Below are positions 19,872 through 30,555 of a DNA stretch of 64,000 bases, one piece after another; the stretch's first letter is position 1; every line of letters starts with the position of its first letter. This DNA is from Thermodesulfobacteriota bacterium (GTDB lineage Bacteria > Desulfobacterota > Desulfarculia > JACQYL01), in the NCBI GenBank assembly GCA_963675595.2, contig CAXXLZ010000001.1:992001-1056000 (forward strand). The letters are read 5' to 3'. The notes beneath the pieces are model-generated. The model was not told where the DNA came from. It worked only from the letters and a program-made list of their open reading frames with translations, and ran no database searches. A program made the position numbers and the translations under genes.

Positions 19872-22514
19872 TTGACTCGGGAAGTCTATCTGTTTTCAGA
19901 TCACGATGCCACGCAAGCGGAGGTGGGAGGAAAAGGATTTTCGTTGATCAGGATGGCCGGCGGCGGATTCCCGGTTCCTCCCGGCATGGTCTTGGCCGTG
20001 CGCTTTTTCGACGAATGGCTGGACCAATTGAACGCCGTGGAGGAGTTGCGTTTGCTCCCAACGGACTCCGACGAAGTCCTGCGTTCCAAGACCGCCGCGT
20101 TGCAGGAAGAAGCGCGCAAATTGGAGTTCGGTGCGGCGCAGCGGGACCGACTCCAAGACAAACTCCGGGAGTTGGCCCTGCCGGCGGATCAGCTGTTTTC
20201 CGTGCGCTCTTCATCGCCGGAAGAGGACATGGAAGGAGCCTCCTTCGCGGGCATGTATGAAACCTACCTCGGGGTGAAATCCGAGGACCTGGAAGGCCGC
20301 ATCCGCGACGTCTTCGTTTCGTGCATCGACTACCGCGTGGTCGCGTACAAGCGGCAAAAGGGCTTCGATTTCACGAAGTATTCCATCGCCGTGGTGGTCA
20401 TGGCGCAGATCAAGAGCGAATCCGCGGGCGTGGCCTTCAGCATCAATCCGTTGAACAACTGCTACGACGAAATCGTGATCAATGCCAACTTCGGGGTGGG
20501 TGAGTCCGTGGTTTCGGGCGATACGGTGCCCGATCAGTTCGTGGTGGACAAGATCGAAAATCGGGTGGTCTCGGCCAAGCTCGGGGACAAGAAGATATCC
20601 ATTGTCATCGGCGACGACGGGGGCACGCGCACGTTGACCTCCGACGCCGCGGGGACCGCGACCCTCCCCACGGAACGGATTCTCCAACTGGCGGACCTGG
20701 TGAAACAGGTGGAGGCCTATTGCGGCGCACCCATGGATACCGAATGGGCCTATGCCGACGGGCGTCTTTACATGCTGCAGGCACGCCCGGTCACCACCTA
20801 CATTCCGCTGCATCCCGATTTTCTGACGAAACCCGGCGAACCCAAACGACTGTACCTGGACCTCACGCTCATCGAGCAGGGCATTCAGAAACCGCTGTCC
20901 GTGCTGGGCACGGACTGTTTCCGCATTCTCTCCAACGAAATGGGGCTTTCGGCCGCCGGCGTGGCCCTGGCGGAAAAACCGGGGGATTTCATCTATGCGG
21001 CCGGTGGGCGGGCCTATGTGAATCTCTCCCGGGAGATCCTCCTGGAGGGACAAAAGGGCGCGGCCAAAGAATACGAGGGCCTGGACTCCTATGCCGCGCA
21101 GATCATCCGCGAAGTGGACATGACCCAGTACAAGGGCAAGATGACTCTGGGCGGCGTGTGGAAGACCGCCAAGGGAATCTTCACCGGGCTGTTCAAATCC
21201 TCCGACACCATCGCCGGGGTGATCAAGGGCCGAAAGCACCCGGAGGAACTCCGGAAGACCATCGATGAAAAGGGCGCGCTTCTCCTGAAGGAGGTGGACG
21301 AACTGGACGACTCGGACCTGCCCTTCGAGGAATTCGTGCGTCAAAGCATGAGGAAATCCGCGGATTTCATGATCCATACCAGCATTCCCAGCCTGGTGGA
21401 CGGCGAAGCGGCCAAGAACGGCCTGAAAAAGCTTTTCGACAAGGAACTGGTGGACGAGGACCTGCGGAAACAGGCCGACCTCATCGATCGAGGGCTCCCC
21501 TACAACGTCACCATGGACATGAACGGCCGCATTTACGAGTTGATGACCTTGCTCCACGACCGGGACTTCGATTCCATCGAAACCACGGTCCGGGGGATTC
21601 GGGATCGGAGCCTGCCCCCCGCCTTCATGACCAAGTGGGACGAGTTCATGGAGAAATACGGTTTCAGGGGACCGCGCGAAATCGACGTGCGAACGCCTCG
21701 CTACCAGGACGACCCGTCCGTGGTCATCCAACAGATGCGGAACTACCGGGAGCTTCCCACTGAGAACTCTCCCGCCGCCATGCAGCAACAACAGGCGGAC
21801 GCCCGGGAACGGGCCTACGAAACCCTGCGGGCGCACATCAAGGACCAAAAGAAGTTCGAGCAATTGTATCACGTGCTGGTGAATCTGGGCGGGTATCGGG
21901 AAATACACAAGTATTACCTGGTGTACGCCGGGGCGAAGATTCGCCGCCGCGCCCTCGACATCGCCCGGCAACTACTCTCCGAAAACCGCATCGACGCCGT
22001 GGACGACGTCTTCTACCTGACCGCCGATCAGGTCCGCCAAGCCCTGCGGGAACCCGACTTGGACGTCCGGAGCATGATTGCCCATCACAAGGAATACATG
22101 TCCTTCGCCGAAACCATCGACCATTTTCCTCCGGTGATCGATTCCAGAGGAAAGATTCTGCGTCCCCCTCGAAAGGAACCCGCGGAAGGTGAACTCGCGG
22201 GCGACCCGGTGTCCGCCGGCAACGTGCGGGGCAGGGCGGTGGTGGTTCACTACGTGGGGGAAAAGGCGGTGGAGCAAGGGGACATCCTCGTGGCCCGCGC
22301 CGCTGATCCGGGCTGGACGCCCCTGTTCATCAACGCGGCCGGCATTCTCCTGGAAGTGGGCGGCATGCTGCAGCACGGGTCTCTTATCGCCCGCGAATAC
22401 GGCAAACCCTGCATCGCCGGCATTGAAAATCTCACACAGCAACTGAAAGACAACGACCTGGTGGAAATGGACGGGTCCACAGGGATCGTGAAGATATTAG
22501 AGTCATCTGAGTGA
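19872..22514 (+). CDS. PEP-synthase/PPDK-like phosphotransferase with rifampin phosphotransferase (RPH)-type domain order
   Basis: VGGKG, VRSSSPEED, SFAGMYETYL, LQARPVT; large middle domain; C-terminal DPGWTPLF...GGMLQHGSLIAREYGKP swivel His domain. Start TTG 19872 or ATG 19824. Confidence 0.8.
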   Translation: MTREVYLFSDHDATQAEVGGKGFSLIRMAGGGFPVPPGMVLAVRFFDEWLDQLNAVEELRLLPTDSDEVLRSKTAALQEEARKLEFGAAQRDRLQDKLRELALPADQLFSVRSSSPEEDMEGASFAGMYETYLGVKSEDLEGRIRDVFVSCIDYRVVAYKRQKGFDFTKYSIAVVVMAQIKSESAGVAFSINPLNNCYDEIVINANFGVGESVVSGDTVPDQFVVDKIENRVVSAKLGDKKISIVIGDDGGTRTLTSDAAGTATLPTERILQLADLVKQVEAYCGAPMDTEWAYADGRLYMLQARPVTTYIPLHPDFLTKPGEPKRLYLDLTLIEQGIQKPLSVLGTDCFRILSNEMGLSAAGVALAEKPGDFIYAAGGRAYVNLSREILLEGQKGAAKEYEGLDSYAAQIIREVDMTQYKGKMTLGGVWKTAKGIFTGLFKSSDTIAGVIKGRKHPEELRKTIDEKGALLLKEVDELDDSDLPFEEFVRQSMRKSADFMIHTSIPSLVDGEAAKNGLKKLFDKELVDEDLRKQADLIDRGLPYNVTMDMNGRIYELMTLLHDRDFDSIETTVRGIRDRSLPPAFMTKWDEFMEKYGFRGPREIDVRTPRYQDDPSVVIQQMRNYRELPTENSPAAMQQQQADARERAYETLRAHIKDQKKFEQLYHVLVNLGGYREIHKYYLVYAGAKIRRRALDIARQLLSENRIDAVDDVFYLTADQVRQALREPDLDVRSMIAHHKEYMSFAETIDHFPPVIDSRGKILRPPRKEPAEGELAGDPVSAGNVRGRAVVVHYVGEKAVEQGDILVARAADPGWTPLFINAAGILLEVGGMLQHGSLIAREYGKPCIAGIENLTQQLKDNDLVEMDGSTGIVKILESSE

Positions 22515-23205
22515 AATCTGCGGGGGAAAACTTTCGTGAAAGTCTTCCCCCGCACCCCTTTTCCAGTTCTTACTCACACAAGGTCACCGGGGCAACACTT
22601 GTTCCCCCGGCGCCCCTTGTGTAGGCTTCGTCCCGCTGAAGCGTGACGAAGCCGGATGAGGGAGCCTGTTTCTCCGTAAATATCCAAGGGGCGACTCGTC
22701 CATTGTAGGGGCGGGCCACAGTGCCTGCCCAAGAGACGGCCGAAGGCCTTCCTTCTCCGCCGTATTCCCCGTGCCGGTGACCCTATGCATAAGAACGTTC
22801 CTCCCTCAGCCTCTCCGCCTGCGGCGGAGAGGGGAACAGATTGATCCGTGCACGATCATATGGTGGTTTTTCGCCCTGGGAGCGCCGAGCCCCAGCTCGG
22901 CACAGAGCCGGAGAGAATCGGACGGCGAACGACGAAGCTGAAGGAAAGCGCTTCTTTGCCGATTCATGAGATGTGAGGAGCCTTGGAACTTACTGAAGCA
23001 ACCTGTTTTTCCGTCATCATTCACGGGGCGAACTCGTCCATTGTAGGGGCGGGCCACAGTGCCTGCCCAAGAGACGGCCGAAGGCCTTCCTTCTCCGCCG
23101 TATTCCCCGTGCCGGTGGGGCCTATGCATAAGAACGTTTCTCCCTCAGCCTCTCCGCCGGAGGCGGTGAGGCCCGCCTGATATGTTTTGAGGGGGGGCGC
23201 GGGGG

Positions 23206-24590
23206 CATAAGCGCTAACTTAAGCCTTTTGTTTTGGTGAGGTTTATGGTACCGTTGCCGCCAAAGGAGGTGGCAATGGAGCGTCTCGTTTTTTCCGAGGA
23301 AATGGAAGACTGGGAAGTTCTCCAGGGTTTTCTTCCCGATGGCTGGCAATCCAAAGCAAGGGAACTTGGTGCCGTTGTCAGATACCGTAAGTTCGTGGAC
23401 GCCGAAGGTCTGTTGCGAACGCTTCTGATCCATCTGGCGGAAGGTTGCTCACTTCGGCTGACGGCGGCCAAAGCCAGGTTCGGCAACATTACGTCGATTT
23501 CCGACGTAGCTCTCCTAAAACGACTGAATAAATGCGGAGAGTGGTTTCGGTGGATGGCCTTAGGGGTCATGGAGAAATGGTTTCGAAAGCTGCCCGCCGT
23601 TGTTTTTGGAGAGAATTCACGCATCAGGTTGATCGATGCCTCCACCATTCAAGAACCTGGAAGTACCGGAACGACTTGGAGGGTCCATTATTCCATACAA
23701 TTGCCTTCGCTGCGCTGCGACGAAGTCTATGTAACAGACCCCAAGATCGGAGAATCCTTCACCAATTTCAAAGTCCATGGCGGTGAACTTCTTGTAGCGG
23801 ATAGAGCCTATTGCACACCAAGAGGAATTCACCATGTCATAGACAACGGCGGCGACGTCCTGGTTCGAATGAAACACCGTGTCGCCATGGTGGACAAGCA
23901 AGGGGAACGATTCCAATTACTCCCTCATCTAAGGACGTTACGTGTAAATAAGCTTGGCGAGTGGGATGCATTCGTTCCATTTGAACAACGCTTGGTTCCA
24001 GGTAGAATCTGTGCCATCAAGAAGAGCAAAGACGCCACTGAAAAAGCTCGTAAAGCGATAGAAAAAGAGGCGAGGAAAAAAGGTCGCCAAGTTACTCCGG
24101 ACACCCTCGAAGCGGCGGCCTACATATTTGTTTTCACAACATTGGGCCGTGAAATCTCGCCCTCTCAGGTCCTCGAGATGTACCGAGGTCGATGGCAAAT
24201 TGAACTCGCTTTCAAGCGTCTAAAGTCCATTCTCGGTTTAGGCCATCTTAGAAAGACCGACATCGAAGGAGCCAAGGCCTGGATCCATGGGAAACTACTG
24301 GTGGCTTTCTTAGTGGAGGCCATGATCGCCGCAGGCGAATCTTTTTTTCCCTGGGGATACCCACTCCAAAAAGAACCACCGTAGAAATCGATGCTTCTGG
24401 AGAGAGACCATGTTTATGTTACACCTGCTGAAACAAGCCGTGAACCCTAAACTCGGCTTGGCCGAATGCATTGCCGGCTGGGATAACATATCTTTTTATT
24501 TGCGAGAACCGCCAAGGAAACGAGCACTTCAGCGGCTGATTCCTCAGACGGAAAGAAGCATAGCAAACAATGCTTAAGTTAGCGCTTATG
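23206..24590 (+). mobile_element. IS4-family insertion sequence
   Basis: 19-bp perfect IR CATAAGCGCTAACTTAAGC; 11-bp TSD GGGCGCGGGGG (23195-23205, 24591-24601). Confidence 0.92.
23275..24384 (+). CDS. IS4-family DDE transposase
   Basis: IDAS, VADRAY, YRGRWQIELAFKRLKS (YREK motif); AGGAGGT SD before ATG 23275. Confidence 0.92.
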   Translation: MERLVFSEEMEDWEVLQGFLPDGWQSKARELGAVVRYRKFVDAEGLLRTLLIHLAEGCSLRLTAAKARFGNITSISDVALLKRLNKCGEWFRWMALGVMEKWFRKLPAVVFGENSRIRLIDASTIQEPGSTGTTWRVHYSIQLPSLRCDEVYVTDPKIGESFTNFKVHGGELLVADRAYCTPRGIHHVIDNGGDVLVRMKHRVAMVDKQGERFQLLPHLRTLRVNKLGEWDAFVPFEQRLVPGRICAIKKSKDATEKARKAIEKEARKKGRQVTPDTLEAAAYIFVFTTLGREISPSQVLEMYRGRWQIELAFKRLKSILGLGHLRKTDIEGAKAWIHGKLLVAFLVEAMIAAGESFFPWGYPLQKEPP

Positions 24591-25427
24591 GGGCGCGGGG
24601 GGGAACTTTTTCAAAAGTTCCCCCCGGCAAATGACGACCTTTTCCAAGCACCCTCACCGACTCCGGCGGAGAGGGGAACAGGTTGATCCTGTGCACGATC
24701 ACAGGGTGGTTGGTTTCGCCCTGGGAGCGCCGAGCCCCAGCTCGGCACAGAGCCGGAGAGAATCGGACGGCGACCGACGAAGCCGAAAGGAAGCGCTTCT
24801 TTGCCCATTCATGAGATGCGAGGAGCCTTGGAACTTACTGAGAAAACTTGTTCCTTCGTATTCATTCACGGGGCGAACTTGGCCATTGTAGGGGCGGGCC
24901 ACAGTGCCTGCCCAAAAGACGGCCGAAGGCCTTCCTTCTCCGCCGTATTCCCCGTGCCGGCGACCCTGTGCATAAGAACGTTTCTCCCTCAGCCTCTCCG
25001 CCGGAGGCGGTGAGGCCCGCTTGATGTGTTTTGAGGGGGGCGGCGCGGGGCGGGAACTTTTTCAAAAGTTCCCCCCGGCAAATGACGACCTTTTCCAAGC
25101 ACCCTCACCGACTCCGGCGGAGAGGGGAACAGGTTGATCCTGTGCACGATCACAGAGTGGTTGGTTTCGCCCTGGGAGCGCCGAGCCCCAGCTCGGCACA
25201 GAGCCGGAGAGAATCGCATGGCCAAGCTCCGCCGTATTCCCCGTGCCGGCGACCCTGCGCATAAGAACGTTCCTCCCTCAGCCTCTCCGCCGCAGGCGGT
25301 GAGGCCCGCTTGATGTGTTTTGAGGGGGGCGGGGCCGCGGGGGGGAACTTTTTCAAAAGTTCCCCCCCGCGAAGACGGTGTGAGAATCTTCTTGGATTCT
25401 TGTCCATTTCTCGGGAGGAGTTCCCTC

Positions 25428-27387
25428 ATGAACAAGCATGCTGAAAGTCCCGGGACCGGGCCGGTCGCCCGGGTGTTGGTCTCCCTGATTTGTCTGTTCT
25501 GCATGGGATGCGGAGGCGACTCCAAGTTCGACGACGGCTCCGTTGCCACGGGAACCCTGTCCGTGACCCATCAATTGGAGCGGGGCGTTCCCGACCGTGT
25601 GGACGGGTTCCACTATGCGTGTCTCGACGCCGACGGAAACACGGTGATGGAGTTCTCCCTGAAGGAAAAGGCCTCGGAACATCTCCTCGAAAACGTGCCG
25701 GTCACCTGCAGGGTCCTGTACACCACCTACTACGACCGGGTGGACGGCGCGGCGTTAACGGAACAGGCCTCGGAAGCGGTGGGGGATTCCAAAGCGCCCG
25801 TGGAGGTTCAGGCCGGCAAGCGGTCCAAAGTCGCCATTATCGGGGACCCCACGGCCAAGGTCTATATCACCGGGTCCAACGGACAATACACGTTGGAAGT
25901 GGACGACAACGCCTTTTTCATGCAGGGCGTGGGAGGCGATTATTCCAGTGCGGAATATGCCTACACCTATCTGAACGACACGCTGCAAAACAGTCATGTG
26001 AACACCATCAGGACCTACGGCGTGGGGGACTCGGGCGTAACGATCACCGCGGCGCAGGCCGCACTGGCGCAAGCGAAGGCCCTTACCAAGGACGACACCC
26101 GACCCGTGATGGTCATCGTGGGACTGGACCTGAACGACGCGGCCGATCCCCGGACCTACGCCCGGGCGGTGTTCAACGGGTTGATCGGCGATCCCAACGC
26201 GGACCACATCCTGGCCTGGTGCATTTCCAACGAATGGGTGAGCCTGACCGACGCAACGGACCCCAACAATGCCACGGTGGACGCGGTTTCGAAATGGATT
26301 CAGCAACAGACGCCGCGAACCTTGACCATGGCGGCGATTCAGCACCCGTCGGAAGGCTCCCTGAACATCATCACCACGAGCATGCCCACCCTGGATTTCA
26401 TCGGCATCAATTCCTTTTACGGCAGTTTCAACGCCGATTGGGCGGGCGGAGGATTCCTGAATCTGCTTTCCGGCTATATCAGTGAATTGGGCAAGCCCTG
26501 GTGCCTCACGGAATACTATTCCTACGACCTGCCCTCGGAGCCCTTCGGAGACTACAAAGGCATGCCCCGCCAGACCCTCAACGGGAGCACCGACTACTAT
26601 CTGGAACTGAATTCCACGTCCAATGCGCGGAACTACGCCGACGTCTGGAACGACTATGTGGTGGGCAACCAGCCCAACGGCTGCCTGGGCGGCTGCGCCC
26701 TCAACTGGGGCCCGCCCCACAACAGTCAGTGCAACGCCTTCTGGAAGCAGATGTTCACCTACGGGGGGCAATGGGAGCTGTATGTGGACTGGTACGCCAA
26801 ATACGGGGTCCGTCGCCTCCAGTGCGTGGACGCCGTGATCGGCGCCTACGGCGGAACCCCCGATGCCGCGGCCTGCCCCGGCATCGTGCTTCCCGCGGAC
26901 AAGGATCCCTCAAGGCATCGACTGCGATTTCAAGGCGGACCTGAATTCCGCCGGAAGGTCCGTGTCCACGGATGAGGTGCTCACCGCCACGGTCACGGCC
27001 GAAGGAACGGGTTCTCTCACGTTTAACTGGTATCTCGTGGGCGGCAAAGCGGTGCTTCTGGACCCGTCGGGAGGCACCACCGGAGGCATCTGGGAGGGAC
27101 CGTCGTACAATACCTACCAAGCGTGGGGCGCCGATCCGGTGACGTCCATCAATCTCGGGCAAGGAACCAGTACGGACCTGGGCAACGGCAAAACCTCCAA
27201 CACCATCACCTTTTCCATGCACGATCCCTCGGACCCCACCAAAACCGCCTACGCGGGAAACAACTACCAACTCCGGGTGATCGTAAGCGACGGCAACAAC
27301 GGAGCCGCCACCGCGGCCGTGGGGGTTTTCGGTGGAGGATGGGTCTTAGGGGTCGGGTATTTCGTGGAACGTACCGAATCTCGCTGA
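25428..27387 (+). pseudogene. GH2-like (clan GH-A) glycoside hydrolase lipoprotein, frameshifted near 26910
   Basis: GGAGGAG SD; lipobox-like LFCMGC; NTIRTYG, AWCISNE, FIGINSFYG, PWCLTEY. Removing one base in GATCCCTCAAGGC joins ORF 25320..26975 to 26863..27387 (DKDPQGIDC). Confidence 0.65.
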
Positions 27388-27399
27388 GCGGGCCAATTG

Positions 27400-27555
27400 G
27401 CCGCGTTCCCGGACCGGTTATCCGCATCATGTCAGCCGGCGAGACGTCGATGCCGATCAACCTTCTCCGCAGAAAGTGACCTCAACCATGAAGCGCATCT
27501 CGATCTCATGGTCGAGTGGTACCGTCGCCTCGGCGTCGGCATTTGGGGGTTATTC
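27400..27555 (+). pseudogene. Decayed RAYT/Y1 HUH transposase 5' fragment (copy 0)
   Basis: CGCATCATGTCAGCCGGCGAG...TGGTCGAGTGGTACCGTCGCC, near-identical to the copies at 32.4 and 34.3 kb. Confidence 0.65.
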
Positions 27556-27643
27556 CAATACCGGCCCCTCAGGGGCCGGGTTCTTTATTCTTTCTTGTGA
27601 CAAACTAATTCCCTATCAGCCGCCTTCCAGTAATGATGAGCCA

Positions 27644-29197
27644 TTAAGGGGTAGCGCTGAATACAGATCCAACAGGCCGGTTTATCTCGTTGATATTATA
27701 TCCCGGTTGTAGGTCGCTTATATTTATAGTTAATTGGCCATTACTGTTATCAACAAAAGAAAGGCCTACACTGGCGCCTTGAGATCCAAAATCGTCGGAA
27801 CAGTCTATTCCATCAGAATAATCCGAGTCAAGCCATGCCCAATACTTGTTGCCATCGAAGGTCCATATCATAACACATGACAATGCTTCATAGCTCTGCA
27901 GGTAGAATTTGAAAGGACTTCCAGTTATCTCCCAAATTCCGCCAAATCCTACTAATTGAGCAGGAAACTTCAGGTTAATAACTTTCTCACCGACATTTGA
28001 CCAGTTTGTTTGTATCACGGTATCAGTAGATGTACTCTGCATGAACTCAAGATAATACCCATGGGATTCGATATCATCTGATGCTTGAAAACCATCCGAG
28101 ATGTCGGGATCAAGAAATGCGGCATAATCTTTTCCGTCCATAGTTATTACTATGATTGCGCTTCCAGTCTCATATATCTGGAGGTATGCACTTACCAAAT
28201 TATCGTCACTCTTCCATATGCCCTGCTCAGGTATAACCGTTGGAGCAATTTCAGACAGAGTCTCCACCTTCAACGCCAGATCCACATTATCTTGACAAGG
28301 AGAGAGAGGAATATGGAAGTATGACCTTGTTCCACTCATGGTAGTATGATCAGAACAGGTATTTCCATTTCCAATTATAATATCGTTACCCTTTGCTGTT
28401 ATAATCCTCTCCTGCAACAGCTTGGCAAACCTAGAAAAGGATGTGGGGTCATTTTCAACCCAACCATAACCTTCGATATAGAATTCCGTCCAGGTATGGA
28501 AAGGAACATCCGGCCAATACCATTCCCCGCTCTGAAATGTGGAAAAGTTTGGTGCTTGTATACCGGAAATATTTCTGGCAGGTACGCCTGCCGCACGACA
28601 GAGGGCTACAAAAAGGTTAGCTTTGCCTGCGCAATCTCCCCACCCTTCCTGCAAAGTTGAAAGAGCATCAAACTCGAATAATGGACCTTCGGGTGGATTA
28701 GATATATTCTTTGCCACCCACTCATGGATCAGCTTAGCCTTATTGTAGGGATTGGTTTCATTCCCAACAATTGTGACAGACTGGGAAATGATATCTGGGT
28801 TCGATGATTGAGCCCACGCGGTTGCTTTGGTATTTTCAGTATACAGGCTGGATGTAGTATCATATGGTTGAGGTATAAATGACTCGGCTATCGATGAATC
28901 ATCATATTTCGTTATATTAATATCAAATTGTACCAAGAAAGTCTGAGTTTTTCGTAAAGAATTGCTCCAGTAAACAATTTTGTTACGTTCATCCTAGAAG
29001 TATATTTGTCCGCTACTGGGAGATATATCGACATTCGTAACTTGATTCTGGACGTTTCCGTCCCATAGTTGTGGAACCGGCATCCACACTTTTGAGGCAT
29101 TACTAGTGAAAGTATAGGTGACTCTATAAGTCCCAGCGAAGCAGTCCATGGAAAGTGATGTGAAGATTACCATTACCAGAAGCACGATTCTATTCAT
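27644..29197 (-). pseudogene. Exported transglutaminase-like protein with one in-frame TAG (28994-28996)
   Basis: Signal peptide MNRIVLL...; ORFs 28994..29230 and 27644..28936 share a frame; catalytic triad GDCAG / HTWTE / WVENDPT; AT-rich. Confidence 0.75.
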
Positions 29198-29393
29198 TAT
29201 CTTGCCTTTCTGAGTCGTAATAGCAGCCATAGAATCTTTTCCTTATCCAGGCCCGAATCCCGACCGCTTTCGGTTTCCAGGTCAACAACGGTGGGGCCTT
29301 CCAAACTGCCAAGCCCTAACTCACTTGTTTGCATGCCTCATAGGCTGCCCTGACCCTGTAAGTCTTGAACTCCTGTCCGGAAGTACCGCCTAA

Positions 29394-29478
29394 TCAGCTT
29401 TCACCCCCCCCTACAAGCTCCGCCCGACTCCCCCGTAACCCCGAGATAATCTCCAGTCGCGCGGGGATGCGTTGCGTG
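29394..29478 (-). repeat. Diverged duplicate of the sbcC 3' end
   Basis: CTCCGCCCGACTCCCCCGT(A/G)ACCCCG...ATCTCCA..CGCGC.GGGATGCG shared with 40698-40771. Confidence 0.8.
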
Positions 29479-30555
29479 AAGTACAGGGACACAATACATA
29501 TTTATTGCATCGGGAAGTTTGTTTGCCTAGAGTTTAGAGCCATGCGGGGCAGCCAAGTTTGTATAGAAGAGCATAGTTCTCCAAGACGGGTTGAATACCG
29601 TTGACGTAAGGCTTTGAGATGATTGACTGAACACGGATATCAGGCAGCGCGCCCCAAGTCTTCCGGAGAATCGGTGAATTCCGGTTGGAATTTTTTGGAT
29701 TTCCGGTTCCACATGGCTCGCACGTTTAAGTTGCCGAAAAGACGACCGATGGCTGCGGCCATCCAGCCGGCGGTGGCGGGCCTGTTCTTTCTCCAAGGGA
29801 TTGGAAACATCGTATAGGCCGCGTTGGGACCCAGGCAGAGCGCCAAGAGCCGTGGCAAGCCGTAGGCCAGGCACAAGATCATGCTCCATCGAGCCAATGT
29901 CTGCCGTGTCTGCTGCCAAGCATTTTTCAGTCCGAACAGGTGCTTGATCTCGTTGAACATGGGCTCGGTCCACCATCGTCGTGCATAGCGTGTAATCACT
30001 TCCGCGCCGTCCATGTCGGGATCGGTACTGATCAGAAGATGCCAATCGGACCAAGAGGGGTTGTCGGACATAAACCGGCACCACACGATCTTGCACAACC
30101 GGCCGTCCAGGAAGCGGACTTTGGCTTTGGTTTGGTAGAACTGGAAAACTCGTTCCGAGCCGTAGGCAAAGAGGGTTTTCTCCACCGGACGACAGAATCG
30201 TCCGATGTTTTCCAACGTGAGTTTTTCCCCATACTTTCTGGGTCTGCCCCGTTTCTTCCGAGGCGGATTGTCCGGAGGCAAAAACAGGGCGGTATCTTTG
30301 CGGACTTGGCCGATGACCGTCACACCATCGCGAATCAGGGGAACCACCAGGGAGCTTTTCATATACCAGGCATCGAGCAGCAGAATAATGAGAAAGCGAT
30401 CCGGCAGCCAAGTCATGAGAACGGACATCAAGAGCCGCGCCGCGTCCAGTTTGGTGGTGTTCCCTTTTTTGCGGATGAGCCGAAACAAGAGGGGAAACGC
30501 GGCTACCCGGCCCTTGTGGCGGCAGATGACAGCCAGAGAAACCCGAAGCTGTCCC

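Larger units (their letters stand above)
22521..25369. repeat. Mosaic (BIME-like) array of several palindrome classes, interrupted by IS4
   Basis: GTAGGGGCGGGCCACAGTGCCTGCCC at 22705, 23043, 24888; CTGGGAGCGCCGAGCCCCAGCTCGGC at 22876, 24721, 25172; GGGAACTTTTTCAAAAGTTCCCCCC near 24601, 25052, 25343. Confidence 0.85.

Noticed and set aside
22515-25380. CRISPR array
   Set aside because: The sequences between repeats are themselves repeated and irregular in length; no unique spacers and no cas genes
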